64,000 nt of DNA, taken from a virus. This document shows, piece by piece, positions 8,743 to 19,323 of the stretch. The position numbers were made by a program, and so were the translations under genes. How positions within the stretch are numbered: position 1 is the first letter of the stretch; every line of letters begins with the position of its first letter. Location: IMG/VR virus record IMGVR_UViG_3300044638_006409, positions 32,001 through 96,000 of that record. One strand, written 5' to 3'. The notes beneath the pieces were generated by a model. It saw only the letters and a program-made list of their open reading frames with translations, was not told where the DNA came from and made no database searches.

Positions 8743-11160
8743 ATGTCATTAAGAATTCAAAAAAGGGATGGGGATGTTGTGTCCTTTAATCCAACAAAAA
8801 TACAAAACAGAATTAAAAAAGCCAGTAAGAACTTAAATGTAAACTCAGACCAGATTTTCATTAAGGTTATTACTTCCGTACCAACAGAGGGTGTAATTTC
8901 AACAAAACAATTAGATAAGTTGATTTACGAGATTGCTGCATCATATACAGGTAGCCACCACGATTATTCGAGGTTGGCTTCTTCTGTTGCAATATCTTCA
9001 TATCACAAAGAAACAAATGAAAGTTTCAGTGAGACGATGAAGTCATTAGCTGATATGGGTATTGTTAATAAAGAATTGATTGATATGATTGATTCCTATG
9101 GGGATTTGAATATCGATGAAGTTATCAATCACGAGAATGATTATAACTTTGATTACTTTGCTTGGCGTTCATTATTTGAAATGTACTTGTTAAAAACACC
9201 AGAAGGTGTAACTGTGGAAAGACCCCAACATATGTATATGAGGGTTGCTTTATGGGTAACAAAATCATTTGATGAAGCTGTAGAATACTACAAGTCATTA
9301 TCAAATCAATTAATTTCTCCAGCAACACCAATTATGATTAATGCTGGTACAAAGATTCCTCAATTAGCATCTTGTGTACTACATTATAACAATGATGACT
9401 CAAGAGGAGGTTTGTTAGCAACAATGAATGATATCTCTACTTATTCTGCTGACGCTGCAGGTATTGGTCTTTGTATGTCAAATATTAGAAGTAAGGAGAG
9501 TAGATTGAGTACATCAGGTGGTTTTGCTGGTGGATTATTAAAATATCTTAAGATTGCAAATGAATCACTAAGATTCTTTAACCAACAAGGTAGAAGACCA
9601 GGTTCTGCCGCAATTTATCTTGAACCTTGGCATAAAGATATCTTTGACTTGTTGGACATTAAAAAGAATACAGGTGCGGAAGAATTAAGAGCAAGAGATT
9701 TGTTCACAGCTCTATGGATTCCTGATAATTTTATGAGAGCCGTAAAAGAGGGTGGTGATTGGTATTTATTCTGCCCTAACGATATTAAAAAAGCTGGTCT
9801 AAAACCATTACAAGAATGTTTTGGTAGTGAGTACGAAAGTGTTTATGAACAAGCGGTAAATTTAGGTTTGGGTAAAAAAGTAAAAGCAACAGATGTTTGG
9901 ACTAAGGTAATTGAATCTCAAATTGAGACTGGTGTACCTTATCTTTGTTCTAAAGATAATGCTAACAACAAAACTAATCATCAGAACATTGGGGTTATCA
10001 AACAATCAAATCTTTGTAACGAGATTTACCAATTTACTGACGAGAAAACTACAGCTATCTGTACTCTATCTTCAATGGTGTTGAAAAACTTTGTAAAAGA
10101 TGGTGAGTTTAATTTTAGACTTCTTTATGAAGAAACAAGAAAGGTTGTTAGAGCCCTTAATAAAGTTGTTGATATTAATAACTATTCAACTTCAAAAGGT
10201 GAAAAGGGTGGTAAAGAACAAAGAGCAATTGCAATTGGAACTCAAGGTTTAGCGGATGTATTCTATCTTATGGATTATGAGTTTACTTCAGACGAAGCAA
10301 AACAACTAAACAAAGATATCTTTGAGACAATTTATTTTGCCGCAATCACCGAAAGTAATAGGTTGGTAATTGATGGTGATTATAAACCATATGATTTCTT
10401 CGATGGTTCACCAATGTCACAAGGACAATTCCAATTTGATATGTGGGGATTAACAGAATCTGATTTATCAGGTAGATGGCCTTGGGAAATATTAAAGTCA
10501 AATGTTAAACAATATGGTATTTGTAATTCATTGTTTACAGCACAAATGCCCGTAGCGAGTTCTGCTAAGATTACTGGTTCATATGAAATGACTGAACCTG
10601 CTCACTCAGCAATCTTCAATAGACGAGTAGTTGGTGGTGAAATTATGATTGTTAACAAGTATCTTATTAATGATTTTGAGAAACTTGGTATTTGGGGTGA
10701 GGATTTGAAAAATGAAATTATATACAATGAAGGTTCGATTCAAAATATTAATTTCAACAACTACTTAGACCCTGAAGACAAAAAGTACAATCAAAAAGTT
10801 AAAAGAATTGAACACTTGATTAAGAAGTACAAAACGATTTGGGAAATATCACAAAGGGAGTTGATTGATATGGCAGCAGATAGAGGACCTTTTATTGACC
10901 AATCACAATCAATGAATATTTATATGGGTAATCCTACTTTATCGAAGATTACTTCATCTCACTTCCACGCTTGGCAAAAAGGTTTAAAAACTCTTTGTTA
11001 TTATGTGAGAACAAAAGCAATCTCAACAGGAGCAAAACACTTAGCTATGGATATATCAAAGATGGATAAACCAAAAGTAACACCAACATTACCACATGTT
11101 GAACCTATAACAAACAAACCAACTGATTCACCATTTGAATGTTTTGGATGTTCATCTTAA
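8743..11160 (+). CDS. nrdA: ribonucleotide reductase class Ia alpha subunit with N-terminal ATP cone
   Basis: ATP cone IQKRDG, QLASC, SNLCNE, MPVASS, DQSQS, YY pair and C-terminal CxxC; ATG 8743 preferred over the track start. Confidence 0.97.
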   Translation: MSLRIQKRDGDVVSFNPTKIQNRIKKASKNLNVNSDQIFIKVITSVPTEGVISTKQLDKLIYEIAASYTGSHHDYSRLASSVAISSYHKETNESFSETMKSLADMGIVNKELIDMIDSYGDLNIDEVINHENDYNFDYFAWRSLFEMYLLKTPEGVTVERPQHMYMRVALWVTKSFDEAVEYYKSLSNQLISPATPIMINAGTKIPQLASCVLHYNNDDSRGGLLATMNDISTYSADAAGIGLCMSNIRSKESRLSTSGGFAGGLLKYLKIANESLRFFNQQGRRPGSAAIYLEPWHKDIFDLLDIKKNTGAEELRARDLFTALWIPDNFMRAVKEGGDWYLFCPNDIKKAGLKPLQECFGSEYESVYEQAVNLGLGKKVKATDVWTKVIESQIETGVPYLCSKDNANNKTNHQNIGVIKQSNLCNEIYQFTDEKTTAICTLSSMVLKNFVKDGEFNFRLLYEETRKVVRALNKVVDINNYSTSKGEKGGKEQRAIAIGTQGLADVFYLMDYEFTSDEAKQLNKDIFETIYFAAITESNRLVIDGDYKPYDFFDGSPMSQGQFQFDMWGLTESDLSGRWPWEILKSNVKQYGICNSLFTAQMPVASSAKITGSYEMTEPAHSAIFNRRVVGGEIMIVNKYLINDFEKLGIWGEDLKNEIIYNEGSIQNINFNNYLDPEDKKYNQKVKRIEHLIKKYKTIWEISQRELIDMAADRGPFIDQSQSMNIYMGNPTLSKITSSHFHAWQKGLKTLCYYVRTKAISTGAKHLAMDISKMDKPKVTPTLPHVEPITNKPTDSPFECFGCSS

Positions 11161-11168
11161 AAAATAAG

Positions 11169-11196
11169 AATCACGACTTTATGTCGTGATTTTTTG
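11169..11196 (+). terminator. intrinsic terminator ending the replication block
   Basis: AATCACGAC-TTTAT-GTCGTGATT plus a T tract. Confidence 0.75.
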
Positions 11197-11204
11197 TTTT
11201 ATGG

Positions 11205-11238
11205 TATTTATAGAAAAAATGTAGGATATATATTTATT
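11205..11238 (+). promoter_or_regulatory. tandem TATTTAT motifs upstream of the baseplate operon
   Basis: TATTTATA at 11205-11212 and TATTTATT at 11231-11238. Confidence 0.55.
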
Positions 11239-11241
11239 ATT

Positions 11242-11700
11242 ATGGCTGATGGTAAAACATATGGTATAAATTTTCCCTTTTTGGACTCAAGTTTGGGAAC
11301 TTATTTCGACTTATCACAAACAAGTGATCAAGAAATAAGGAGTAATTTAGTACATCTATTATTAACAAGAAAAGGTACTAGGTATTATTTACCTGACTTT
11401 GGAACTCGTCTTTACGAGTATTTGTTCGAACCTTTGGATGGTCCGACTTTTTCAGATATTGAATCTGAAATTAGAGAGACAGTTTCTGAGTTTATACCAA
11501 ATTTAACAATCACAAACATAACCATTAAACCAGCCTCAGAGGGATTGGAGGATAAAGGTTTTTATATAGACCAAAATGATAAAAAAACTTTTAGAGTTCC
11601 AGGAATCGGACAAAAGGAACACACAGCAAACATAAAAATAGATTATATCGTAACAGATTCCGCTTTTAACCAAAGTGATTTCGTTATAATTAACGTATAA
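11242..11700 (+). CDS. baseplate wedge subunit, gp25/GPW-like
   Basis: LLLTRKGTRYYLPDFGTRLYEYLFEP matches the gp25 signature. Confidence 0.85.
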   Translation: MADGKTYGINFPFLDSSLGTYFDLSQTSDQEIRSNLVHLLLTRKGTRYYLPDFGTRLYEYLFEPLDGPTFSDIESEIRETVSEFIPNLTITNITIKPASEGLEDKGFYIDQNDKKTFRVPGIGQKEHTANIKIDYIVTDSAFNQSDFVIINV

Positions 11701-11704
11701 TAAT

Positions 11705-13543
11705 ATGGCAAACAAAAAAATATCATATACAACCAGAGACTTTGCTTCGATTAGAACGGAGTTAATTAATTTCACCAGAACTTACTACCCTGATGTTATT
11801 GATAACTTCAACGATGCCTCAATATTTTCTGCTTTACTAGATTTGAATGCTGCTGTAACAGACAACTTACAATTCAATATTGATAGAAGTATTCAAGAAA
11901 CAGTATTACAATTTGCACAACAAAGAAGTTCGATATATAATATAGCAAGAACCTATGGTCTCAAAATACCAGGTCAAAGACCATCAGTAGCCTTGGTTGA
12001 TTTTTCAATAACTGTGCCTGCTTTTGGGGATGCTCCCGATTTAAGATATTGTGGTATATTAAGAAGGGGTTCACAAGTTAATGGTGGTGGTCAAGTGTTC
12101 GAAACAGTTTATGATATTGATTTTGCTTCAGCCGTAGGTGGTGATGGAACTCCAAATAGATTGACAATACCAAATTTTGACGCTAATAACATTCTTTCAA
12201 ATTATACAATTACGAAAAGAGAAACCGTCGTCAATGGTGTTACCAAAGTATTCAAAAGAACAATAACAGCTTTAGATGTAAAACCTTTTTTTGAATTATT
12301 TTTACCTGATAAAAATGTTTTGGGTATTACAAGTGTTTTATTAAAGGATGGTACGCAATACGCAAATGTTCCATCCAACCAAGAGTTTTTAGGTGCTGAC
12401 AATAGATGGTATGAAGTACAAGCTTTAGCCCAAGATAGAGTTTTCATTGAAGACCCAACAAAGGTTTCTGACAACCCAAGTATAAAAGTTGGGATATATA
12501 GACAAGTTAATACTAAGTTTATTTCTGAGTTTACCCCTGAAGGTTTTTTAAAAATGACATTTGGTGGTGGTAGCCAATCAGCTGATGAACAACTAAGAGA
12601 ATTTGCAAGGAATGGTTATAAACTTGATTTATATAAGTACTCAAATAATTTTGCACTTGGTAGTACACTCAAAGCCAATAGTACATTATTTGTTCAGTAT
12701 AGAATAGGTGGTGGGACAGGAAGTAACTTGGGTGTGGGTGTTATAACAAATATTGGAAATATAGATTTCTTTGTTAACGGACCTTCGGATTCAGTTAATA
12801 CAACCGTAGTCAATTCATTGAGTTGTAATAATGTAACTGCTGCAATTGGAGGTACAAATGTACCATCATTGGAGGAAGTAAGAAACTATGTTTCATATAA
12901 TTTTGCAGCTCAAAATAGAGCTGTAACAATTAATGACTATGAATCAATTATTAGAACAATGCCATCACAATATGGAGCACCAGCTAAAGTAGGTATAACA
13001 GAAGAAAACAATAAAATAAAAATTAAATTGTTAACTTACGACACAAATGGGGCACTTACTGAAATAACTTCAACTACTTTGAAAAGTAATTTAGCAAACT
13101 ATTTGTCGAACTATAGAATGTTGAACGACTACATCTCAATTGAAAGTGCAAATGTAATTGACCTTACCATTGATGTTGATGTTGTTTTGGATAATACTCA
13201 AAATCAAGGTCAAGTTATCACAACAATAGTTGATGACATAACAACATTCTTTAGTCCAGCCAACAGAGAAATGGGTCAAAATGTAAATGTGTCAGAGTTG
13301 AGAAGAATTATCCAATCACAAAATGGGGTTATATCAATTACTGAAATTAGATTTTTCAATAAAGTTGGTGGATTATATTCTTCATCACAAACTTCACAAA
13401 GATATCTAAATTCACAAACCAGACAGATTGAGTTAATCGATGACACTATTTTTGCTGAACCAACCCAAACTTATCAAGTTAGATTTCCTAATTCTGATAT
13501 TAATGTTAGAGTCAAAAATTTCAAATCAACTAATTTCTCTTAG
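11705..13543 (+). CDS. baseplate wedge subunit, T4 gp6 / baseplate J-like
   Basis: N-terminal RDFASIR, YRIGGG..SN and QNRAVTINDYE motifs; follows gp25. Confidence 0.85.
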   Translation: MANKKISYTTRDFASIRTELINFTRTYYPDVIDNFNDASIFSALLDLNAAVTDNLQFNIDRSIQETVLQFAQQRSSIYNIARTYGLKIPGQRPSVALVDFSITVPAFGDAPDLRYCGILRRGSQVNGGGQVFETVYDIDFASAVGGDGTPNRLTIPNFDANNILSNYTITKRETVVNGVTKVFKRTITALDVKPFFELFLPDKNVLGITSVLLKDGTQYANVPSNQEFLGADNRWYEVQALAQDRVFIEDPTKVSDNPSIKVGIYRQVNTKFISEFTPEGFLKMTFGGGSQSADEQLREFARNGYKLDLYKYSNNFALGSTLKANSTLFVQYRIGGGTGSNLGVGVITNIGNIDFFVNGPSDSVNTTVVNSLSCNNVTAAIGGTNVPSLEEVRNYVSYNFAAQNRAVTINDYESIIRTMPSQYGAPAKVGITEENNKIKIKLLTYDTNGALTEITSTTLKSNLANYLSNYRMLNDYISIESANVIDLTIDVDVVLDNTQNQGQVITTIVDDITTFFSPANREMGQNVNVSELRRIIQSQNGVISITEIRFFNKVGGLYSSSQTSQRYLNSQTRQIELIDDTIFAEPTQTYQVRFPNSDINVRVKNFKSTNFS

Positions 13544-13620
13544 AGGTTTATTTAAACATCACATTACTTATTTTTTAATGAAAATAGCAAATAAACTATT
13601 TATCTTAAAAGTAGTAATTG

Positions 13621-16600
13621 ATGTCAAACTCATATAGAATAAGAACCCAAGTTGGTGTAGATAAGTCAATAAATGTACAATTGGAACAAGATTTTGAATT
13701 TTTGGAGATTCTATCTTTGAAAATAACTCAAAGTCAAATTTATACTAGACAATGCTCTGATTATGGTGTTGTTGTTGGTAGACTTACGGCTAATGATGGA
13801 TTCGGTATTCCAAATGCCAGAATTTCAGTATTTATTCCTCTATCTGACCAAGATCAACTAAATCCAATCATTTCTGATTTATATCCATATAGGTCATTAA
13901 CAACAACAAATGACGATGGATTCAGATATAATTTATTACCGAAAACACAATCACATAGTGGTCATGTTCCCACAGGTAGTTTCTTCGATAAGGAACAAGT
14001 ATTATTAGACCCAAATTACATTGAGGTATTTGACAAGTATTATAGATATACAACAATTACAAACGATAGTGGTGACTATATGATTTTTGGTGTTCCGTTA
14101 GGTAGCCAAACTATACATGTTGATGTGGACTTATCGGACATTGGTGAATTCTCTTTAGCCCCCCAAGATTTAATCAGAAATGGTATAGCAACTGAAAACC
14201 AAGTGGCTGGTAATAAATTTAGGAAATCAACAAATCTGAATGAACTTCCTCAAATAGTATCATTCAATAGGACATTAGAAGTTGTTCCATTGTGGGGTCA
14301 ACCTGAAGTCTGTAGTTTAGGTATTACAAGAACAGACTTTGATTTAGCTACCGAAGCTAATGTTACAATAACTCCCACCGCTATTTTTATGGGATCTATT
14401 TTCTCAACTAATGACAAAGATTACCAAAGAAGAAATTGTAAACCGAAATCCAAACAAGGTGAATTGTGTAATTTAGTTGCTGGACCTGGTGAAATATTAG
14501 CTATAAGACAAACTATTTTTGAAGACGAAGTTGGAAGACCAATACTTGAAACATATGATTTAGAAAGTGGTGGACAAGTTATTGATGAAAATGGTGCGTG
14601 GTTAGTTGATGTACCTATGAATTTGGATTATGTAATTACTAATGAATTTGGAGAAAGAGTATTATCTAATGATCCGAAAAAAGGTATTCCCACAAAAGCA
14701 AAATATAGATTCAAAATAAAATGGAATCAATCACCAAAATTATCTGAAACAGTTAAAAGGGGATATTTTTTAGTCCCGAATGTTAGAGAATATGGTTGGA
14801 CTAATGTTGGCGTTGACCCTAGATCATACTACGAACCAACAAATCCAAACTACGAAAGTTATTTAGCTTTTATTAAATCATATGCTTTCAGTGTTGATTG
14901 GAACGATTATGGATTGACTGGTACAACAATAGGTGAAGAAATGATTCAAAGTGCAATTAATTGTGAGGACAAATTTTACCCGATGATTTTCAACAAAGTT
15001 TATTCAGTATCACAATTAATCGATCAATATAGAAATGGATATTTACCCGACAGAATTATCTCAGTTAAAAATATTTTGGATGATACTTGTGAAAGTGATA
15101 ATGTCAGATTCCCAACGAACGATACTGTTTATAGATTTGACCTCTTATATTTGTTATTTATTATCTTAATTTTTATTGCACGACCAATATTAAATATTTT
15201 TTTAATTGTGGCTCACTTGGTAGCTTATATTTTACAACAATTGGGAATTCCAGATTGGAGAAGAATAGCTAATATGGAAGTACCGAACTTGACATATCCT
15301 GAATGTGATTTGTGTGAATGTCAGGAAGGTAAACGCGCTTTAGGTCCCGGACCTACTGCAGCTGAATTAGCTTTTGATGTGAATCTTGGTTTGTCAGCAT
15401 ACATTTCACCATTGACACAATTTTCTTATTGGGATGGACCGATCACTCAAGGTTTATTTGGTATACAACAATTATTATCAGGTAATAACACACTCGGATT
15501 AAACTACGGTTCACCACAACTTGAAACTGTTTTTACAGATGGACCTGGTAACTCAACAGGTAAAGGTTTTACCAATTCATTACCATTATACGAAAGAATC
15601 AACCTCTTTAATGTCAAAGCTAAATATTTTGACCAATTAAATCAGTTTGTAAATCCGGGTGGAGGTTACAATAGAATCAAAGTCAATTTTGCCCCAACAG
15701 AGAATGGTTATTATGGGGAAACTTTTTATAATCAATACAATACTGAAAAATTGGGTGTTTTGGTATCAGGCGGAACTACATTCAACAATCCTGACCCAAA
15801 CACATATTCGATATTAAATCCAATTCCTTTTCAAAATCAATTAGCTCAACCAACATCATCTTTAGTTTTAAATCCTTGGAATAGTGGTAGTAACACATAT
15901 GTTGTTCCTGAAAATGGTACATACACAATAACATTAACAGTTAACGCATCATCTTATACTTCAGGACAGAAAAACTTTCATTTGGTAATCAATGGCACCA
16001 CACAAGCCGCTCCATTTATTACTTTATTTCCAGCAAGTTCTGTACCACAAGGTTACACCTTATCAACAACTATAAATTTAAATTTAGGTAACACAATAGC
16101 TGTAGAATTACAACAAAAAGGTTTGCCCGCAAATATGACTTACACCTATCAATTACAAATAAGTGGAAGACCTTTTGGATACGGTAATTCGAATGAAAGA
16201 TATCATTTGGATAATGTTATGATGTTGATGGTTAAACCTGATAAAATTACTGAATTGAGACCAGGTACGATACTAAGTTTCCAAAATCCGGAACTATCAT
16301 CCGATGTCAATGTTACAGGTTATACAATAGTCAATCAATTTGGGAGTACATCATCTACTGGTACAACAAAAAACACCACAAGTGGTATTTTAGTACCATA
16401 CGCGAACCCAAATGGAAGTGGTAACTGGTTCGGCCCGGGATTTCCTGGTGGACAAGGACAATCATTTTATCAAGTTACCCAAAACAATGTAATAAATGAA
16501 CACAAATTTGCAATAGATATTGAATATTTTCAAGTTATCACAGCTATGACCGTTAACGACTATATTTCGGTATTACCACCGAATAATCTTAGTGATTCTT

Positions 16601-19323
16601 TGAATAGTCGAGTAATTAATGGTCATAGTTTGATTCATGTAGTTAATACAAGTGATTGTTGTTATAACACCAATTTCTGTGTATGGCCACAAGATACGAT
16701 AACATTGAGAAACTTTAGAGAGTGGAGTGAACAAGTAATTGTTTTTATGGTTCGAGGTGTTGACCCTTATTCCGATAGAATTGAAATTGAATACGATTTG
16801 AGTAGATTGTTTGGGTATCCATTAGATAACCAAGGTAGACCAAACGGACCAGTTATAGTTAGAGGGTCTAATTATAAAATGAATATCCCAATCCAAGGTC
16901 GTTATAAATCTGTAAAACACTATGCAAATAGTACAAATGGTGTCGACCCAAATACAAATCAATTTTTATATTATCCATCATATAGATTTAGAGATAGTAC
17001 AACAGGTAGTGCTAGGTATACTGGTTTTACCTCTAATTTACCAGCCTACTATTCATCCTTAGATGAAACAACACCAACTAACTTTTTTACTGGTGCTAAC
17101 TTGTTAAGAGACACTTTGGATACTGGTACAGCAAATGTTTATGGTGGTAGTGGATATTTGAAAGTTATTGGTGCACCTATCAAACAAAATGGTTTGAATG
17201 TAAATGATGAAAGAAATTTGAGGAATGTGTTCCAAGTAACTTTAAGTAGAAGGGATGCTGTCCCTTGTAGATGGTTCACTTCTCAGAATAATGAGATATC
17301 CACTCTTGGTGGTTCACCAATATCACAGAATGTAGCCGCACCTACTGCTAGTGCACAGTGTAATCCTGGTGGTTTGGGTGTTAATGTTCAATTTTATAAG
17401 AATACTGGATATTTTCCAAACGAAATAGTAGATGGGGGTTCATATATGAGTGGTGAGATGGATAAAGAAAGAAATCTTGGTATATTTAGTCCCAATAGAC
17501 AAGAATTAAGTTTTAAAACTTGGTACTATTCGCCAACATATGATGATACACAAAGAATGGGGTATCAATTCAACGCAATAGACGATAGAATTGTAATGCG
17601 TTCTGACAGATTACCAACTTCAACAAATACATTCAGAAATGGGGCTAATAGTTATGCTTGGCAGGCAAATATAAGTTTGAGTGTTTATATAATTTCTGAT
17701 GATGGAACTTTCTTTAATGGCACTGGTTCACCTGTTGGTAGTCCATCATTTGCAAGTATCAGTCAATCAATTGAAGAGAATAATCTAAACATACAAGCTT
17801 TAAATACTTTTGATTGTCAATCTTTAGTACCACTTAGTTGTTATTATGTACCAAATGGTGCAACTGAGATAGCTGTTAGACCAACTGGTAATAATTGTTA
17901 TACCAATGGAGTTTCTAGTGATAGACAACTAATTATGCAAGGAGGATGTTATGTATTTATTACCACACCATTCAAGTCCTTAGATAAAGACCTAACACTA
18001 CTTTGGGAGTGGACATCTAGAATTCAGATTAATTTTGCGGCATGTAGGAATGTATTTTCACACATTTTTACAAATAATTGGATTAATGGTTCTCTTTTTG
18101 CGTTCTCTATACAAAATAGTAGATTTTTTGATAGTAACAACCAACCATTCAGTGTTTATTGTTATGACACTATGATTTTAGACCCAAATACTAATAATTT
18201 CTATTATAGGTCTAGTCCCTTCACAAATATAAATGTGACACCACCAGCACCAAATTCACCAGTGAGGGTTGGTGTATTTAGAGGTAGCCCTAAACCATCA
18301 GCCCCATCAATTTTTGGAATTAGTTTACCATCGTACAAAGGAAATAACAGAAATTTGAAATTTCCAACCACTATGATTGATTTAGGACCGAGAAGTCAAT
18401 ATTTACAAGAATTAGTTTATTCAAACCAGTTCGATGGTTTTATGGTTAATAGATTAAAAGAAACATCTTACCAAGATGTGTCTGAAATCTTAAATGTTTT
18501 TATCATCAATAGAATCACAAATAAAAGGGTATTGGATCGTTTCTTAAACAGAACTGCAATTAATGTTAGATTATTCTTTGATAATAATCGTGATAATTTA
18601 TTTGTAGATGGGGATTACGCTCAAATGATTTCGATTAATTCTGAGTTAGGAGTTTACGAGTTCAATGCTATAAATTATCCACCAGTGGGTGGACCTAACG
18701 ACCAAGACCCATTGTTTTTCAATAATCCAAATGCTAGGGATCCTGTTTTTGGTATATTCTTTTCATCTGAGACACAGACTAGAGATTTCGTGTCACCTCG
18801 TAGAACCATTCTAAATCCAAATTTACCAATACTTGGGAACAACAATTGTTCTTTCGATTCAATAGGGACTTTTTCACAAGAAGTACCTTTTTATCAATGG
18901 CAAATACAAGAAAATAGTGAAGGTTTGGGTGAAAGTATTTTTGGTTCTGAACGAAACGATTGGTTTACTCAATTTATTGAACAATATGTTAACGATGACC
19001 CGAATTATCCATATTTAAGTTATTTTAAATACAATTATCAATCACTTGATAGATTATTTAAATACTCCAGATACTACAGACCATCTGGGTTTGGGAATCC
19101 ACTAAATGGTGATTTTAAAGGATTCATCTATTCTATTGATAGAAATCAACCTACACCTGAATATGAGACAACATACCGACTTCAAAATCCACCCAACGAT
19201 TATGAAGCTAGAGTTTTCCAAGTGGGTGCACCATTCTTCTTTTATTTTGGACTTAAGAAAGGTAAAACAGCATGGGATAAATTTTCAAAAAAATGGTTAG
19301 ATTTTAATAATATAGTAGAATAA
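13621..19323 (+). CDS. very large virion protein (Ig-like N-terminus, hydrophobic segment, C1q-like domain)
   Basis: About 1900 aa in the tail operon; GVVVGRL..GIPNARISVF; hydrophobic stretch near 15140-15240; C1q-like YVVPENGTYTITLTV...LNLGNTIAVEL. Confidence 0.6.
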   Translation: MSNSYRIRTQVGVDKSINVQLEQDFEFLEILSLKITQSQIYTRQCSDYGVVVGRLTANDGFGIPNARISVFIPLSDQDQLNPIISDLYPYRSLTTTNDDGFRYNLLPKTQSHSGHVPTGSFFDKEQVLLDPNYIEVFDKYYRYTTITNDSGDYMIFGVPLGSQTIHVDVDLSDIGEFSLAPQDLIRNGIATENQVAGNKFRKSTNLNELPQIVSFNRTLEVVPLWGQPEVCSLGITRTDFDLATEANVTITPTAIFMGSIFSTNDKDYQRRNCKPKSKQGELCNLVAGPGEILAIRQTIFEDEVGRPILETYDLESGGQVIDENGAWLVDVPMNLDYVITNEFGERVLSNDPKKGIPTKAKYRFKIKWNQSPKLSETVKRGYFLVPNVREYGWTNVGVDPRSYYEPTNPNYESYLAFIKSYAFSVDWNDYGLTGTTIGEEMIQSAINCEDKFYPMIFNKVYSVSQLIDQYRNGYLPDRIISVKNILDDTCESDNVRFPTNDTVYRFDLLYLLFIILIFIARPILNIFLIVAHLVAYILQQLGIPDWRRIANMEVPNLTYPECDLCECQEGKRALGPGPTAAELAFDVNLGLSAYISPLTQFSYWDGPITQGLFGIQQLLSGNNTLGLNYGSPQLETVFTDGPGNSTGKGFTNSLPLYERINLFNVKAKYFDQLNQFVNPGGGYNRIKVNFAPTENGYYGETFYNQYNTEKLGVLVSGGTTFNNPDPNTYSILNPIPFQNQLAQPTSSLVLNPWNSGSNTYVVPENGTYTITLTVNASSYTSGQKNFHLVINGTTQAAPFITLFPASSVPQGYTLSTTINLNLGNTIAVELQQKGLPANMTYTYQLQISGRPFGYGNSNERYHLDNVMMLMVKPDKITELRPGTILSFQNPELSSDVNVTGYTIVNQFGSTSSTGTTKNTTSGILVPYANPNGSGNWFGPGFPGGQGQSFYQVTQNNVINEHKFAIDIEYFQVITAMTVNDYISVLPPNNLSDSLNSRVINGHSLIHVVNTSDCCYNTNFCVWPQDTITLRNFREWSEQVIVFMVRGVDPYSDRIEIEYDLSRLFGYPLDNQGRPNGPVIVRGSNYKMNIPIQGRYKSVKHYANSTNGVDPNTNQFLYYPSYRFRDSTTGSARYTGFTSNLPAYYSSLDETTPTNFFTGANLLRDTLDTGTANVYGGSGYLKVIGAPIKQNGLNVNDERNLRNVFQVTLSRRDAVPCRWFTSQNNEISTLGGSPISQNVAAPTASAQCNPGGLGVNVQFYKNTGYFPNEIVDGGSYMSGEMDKERNLGIFSPNRQELSFKTWYYSPTYDDTQRMGYQFNAIDDRIVMRSDRLPTSTNTFRNGANSYAWQANISLSVYIISDDGTFFNGTGSPVGSPSFASISQSIEENNLNIQALNTFDCQSLVPLSCYYVPNGATEIAVRPTGNNCYTNGVSSDRQLIMQGGCYVFITTPFKSLDKDLTLLWEWTSRIQINFAACRNVFSHIFTNNWINGSLFAFSIQNSRFFDSNNQPFSVYCYDTMILDPNTNNFYYRSSPFTNINVTPPAPNSPVRVGVFRGSPKPSAPSIFGISLPSYKGNNRNLKFPTTMIDLGPRSQYLQELVYSNQFDGFMVNRLKETSYQDVSEILNVFIINRITNKRVLDRFLNRTAINVRLFFDNNRDNLFVDGDYAQMISINSELGVYEFNAINYPPVGGPNDQDPLFFNNPNARDPVFGIFFSSETQTRDFVSPRRTILNPNLPILGNNNCSFDSIGTFSQEVPFYQWQIQENSEGLGESIFGSERNDWFTQFIEQYVNDDPNYPYLSYFKYNYQSLDRLFKYSRYYRPSGFGNPLNGDFKGFIYSIDRNQPTPEYETTYRLQNPPNDYEARVFQVGAPFFFYFGLKKGKTAWDKFSKKWLDFNNIVE

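Noticed and set aside
7782-11160. Intron or intein in nrdA/nrdB, helicase or RecA
   Set aside because: Lengths are normal and the motifs are contiguous.
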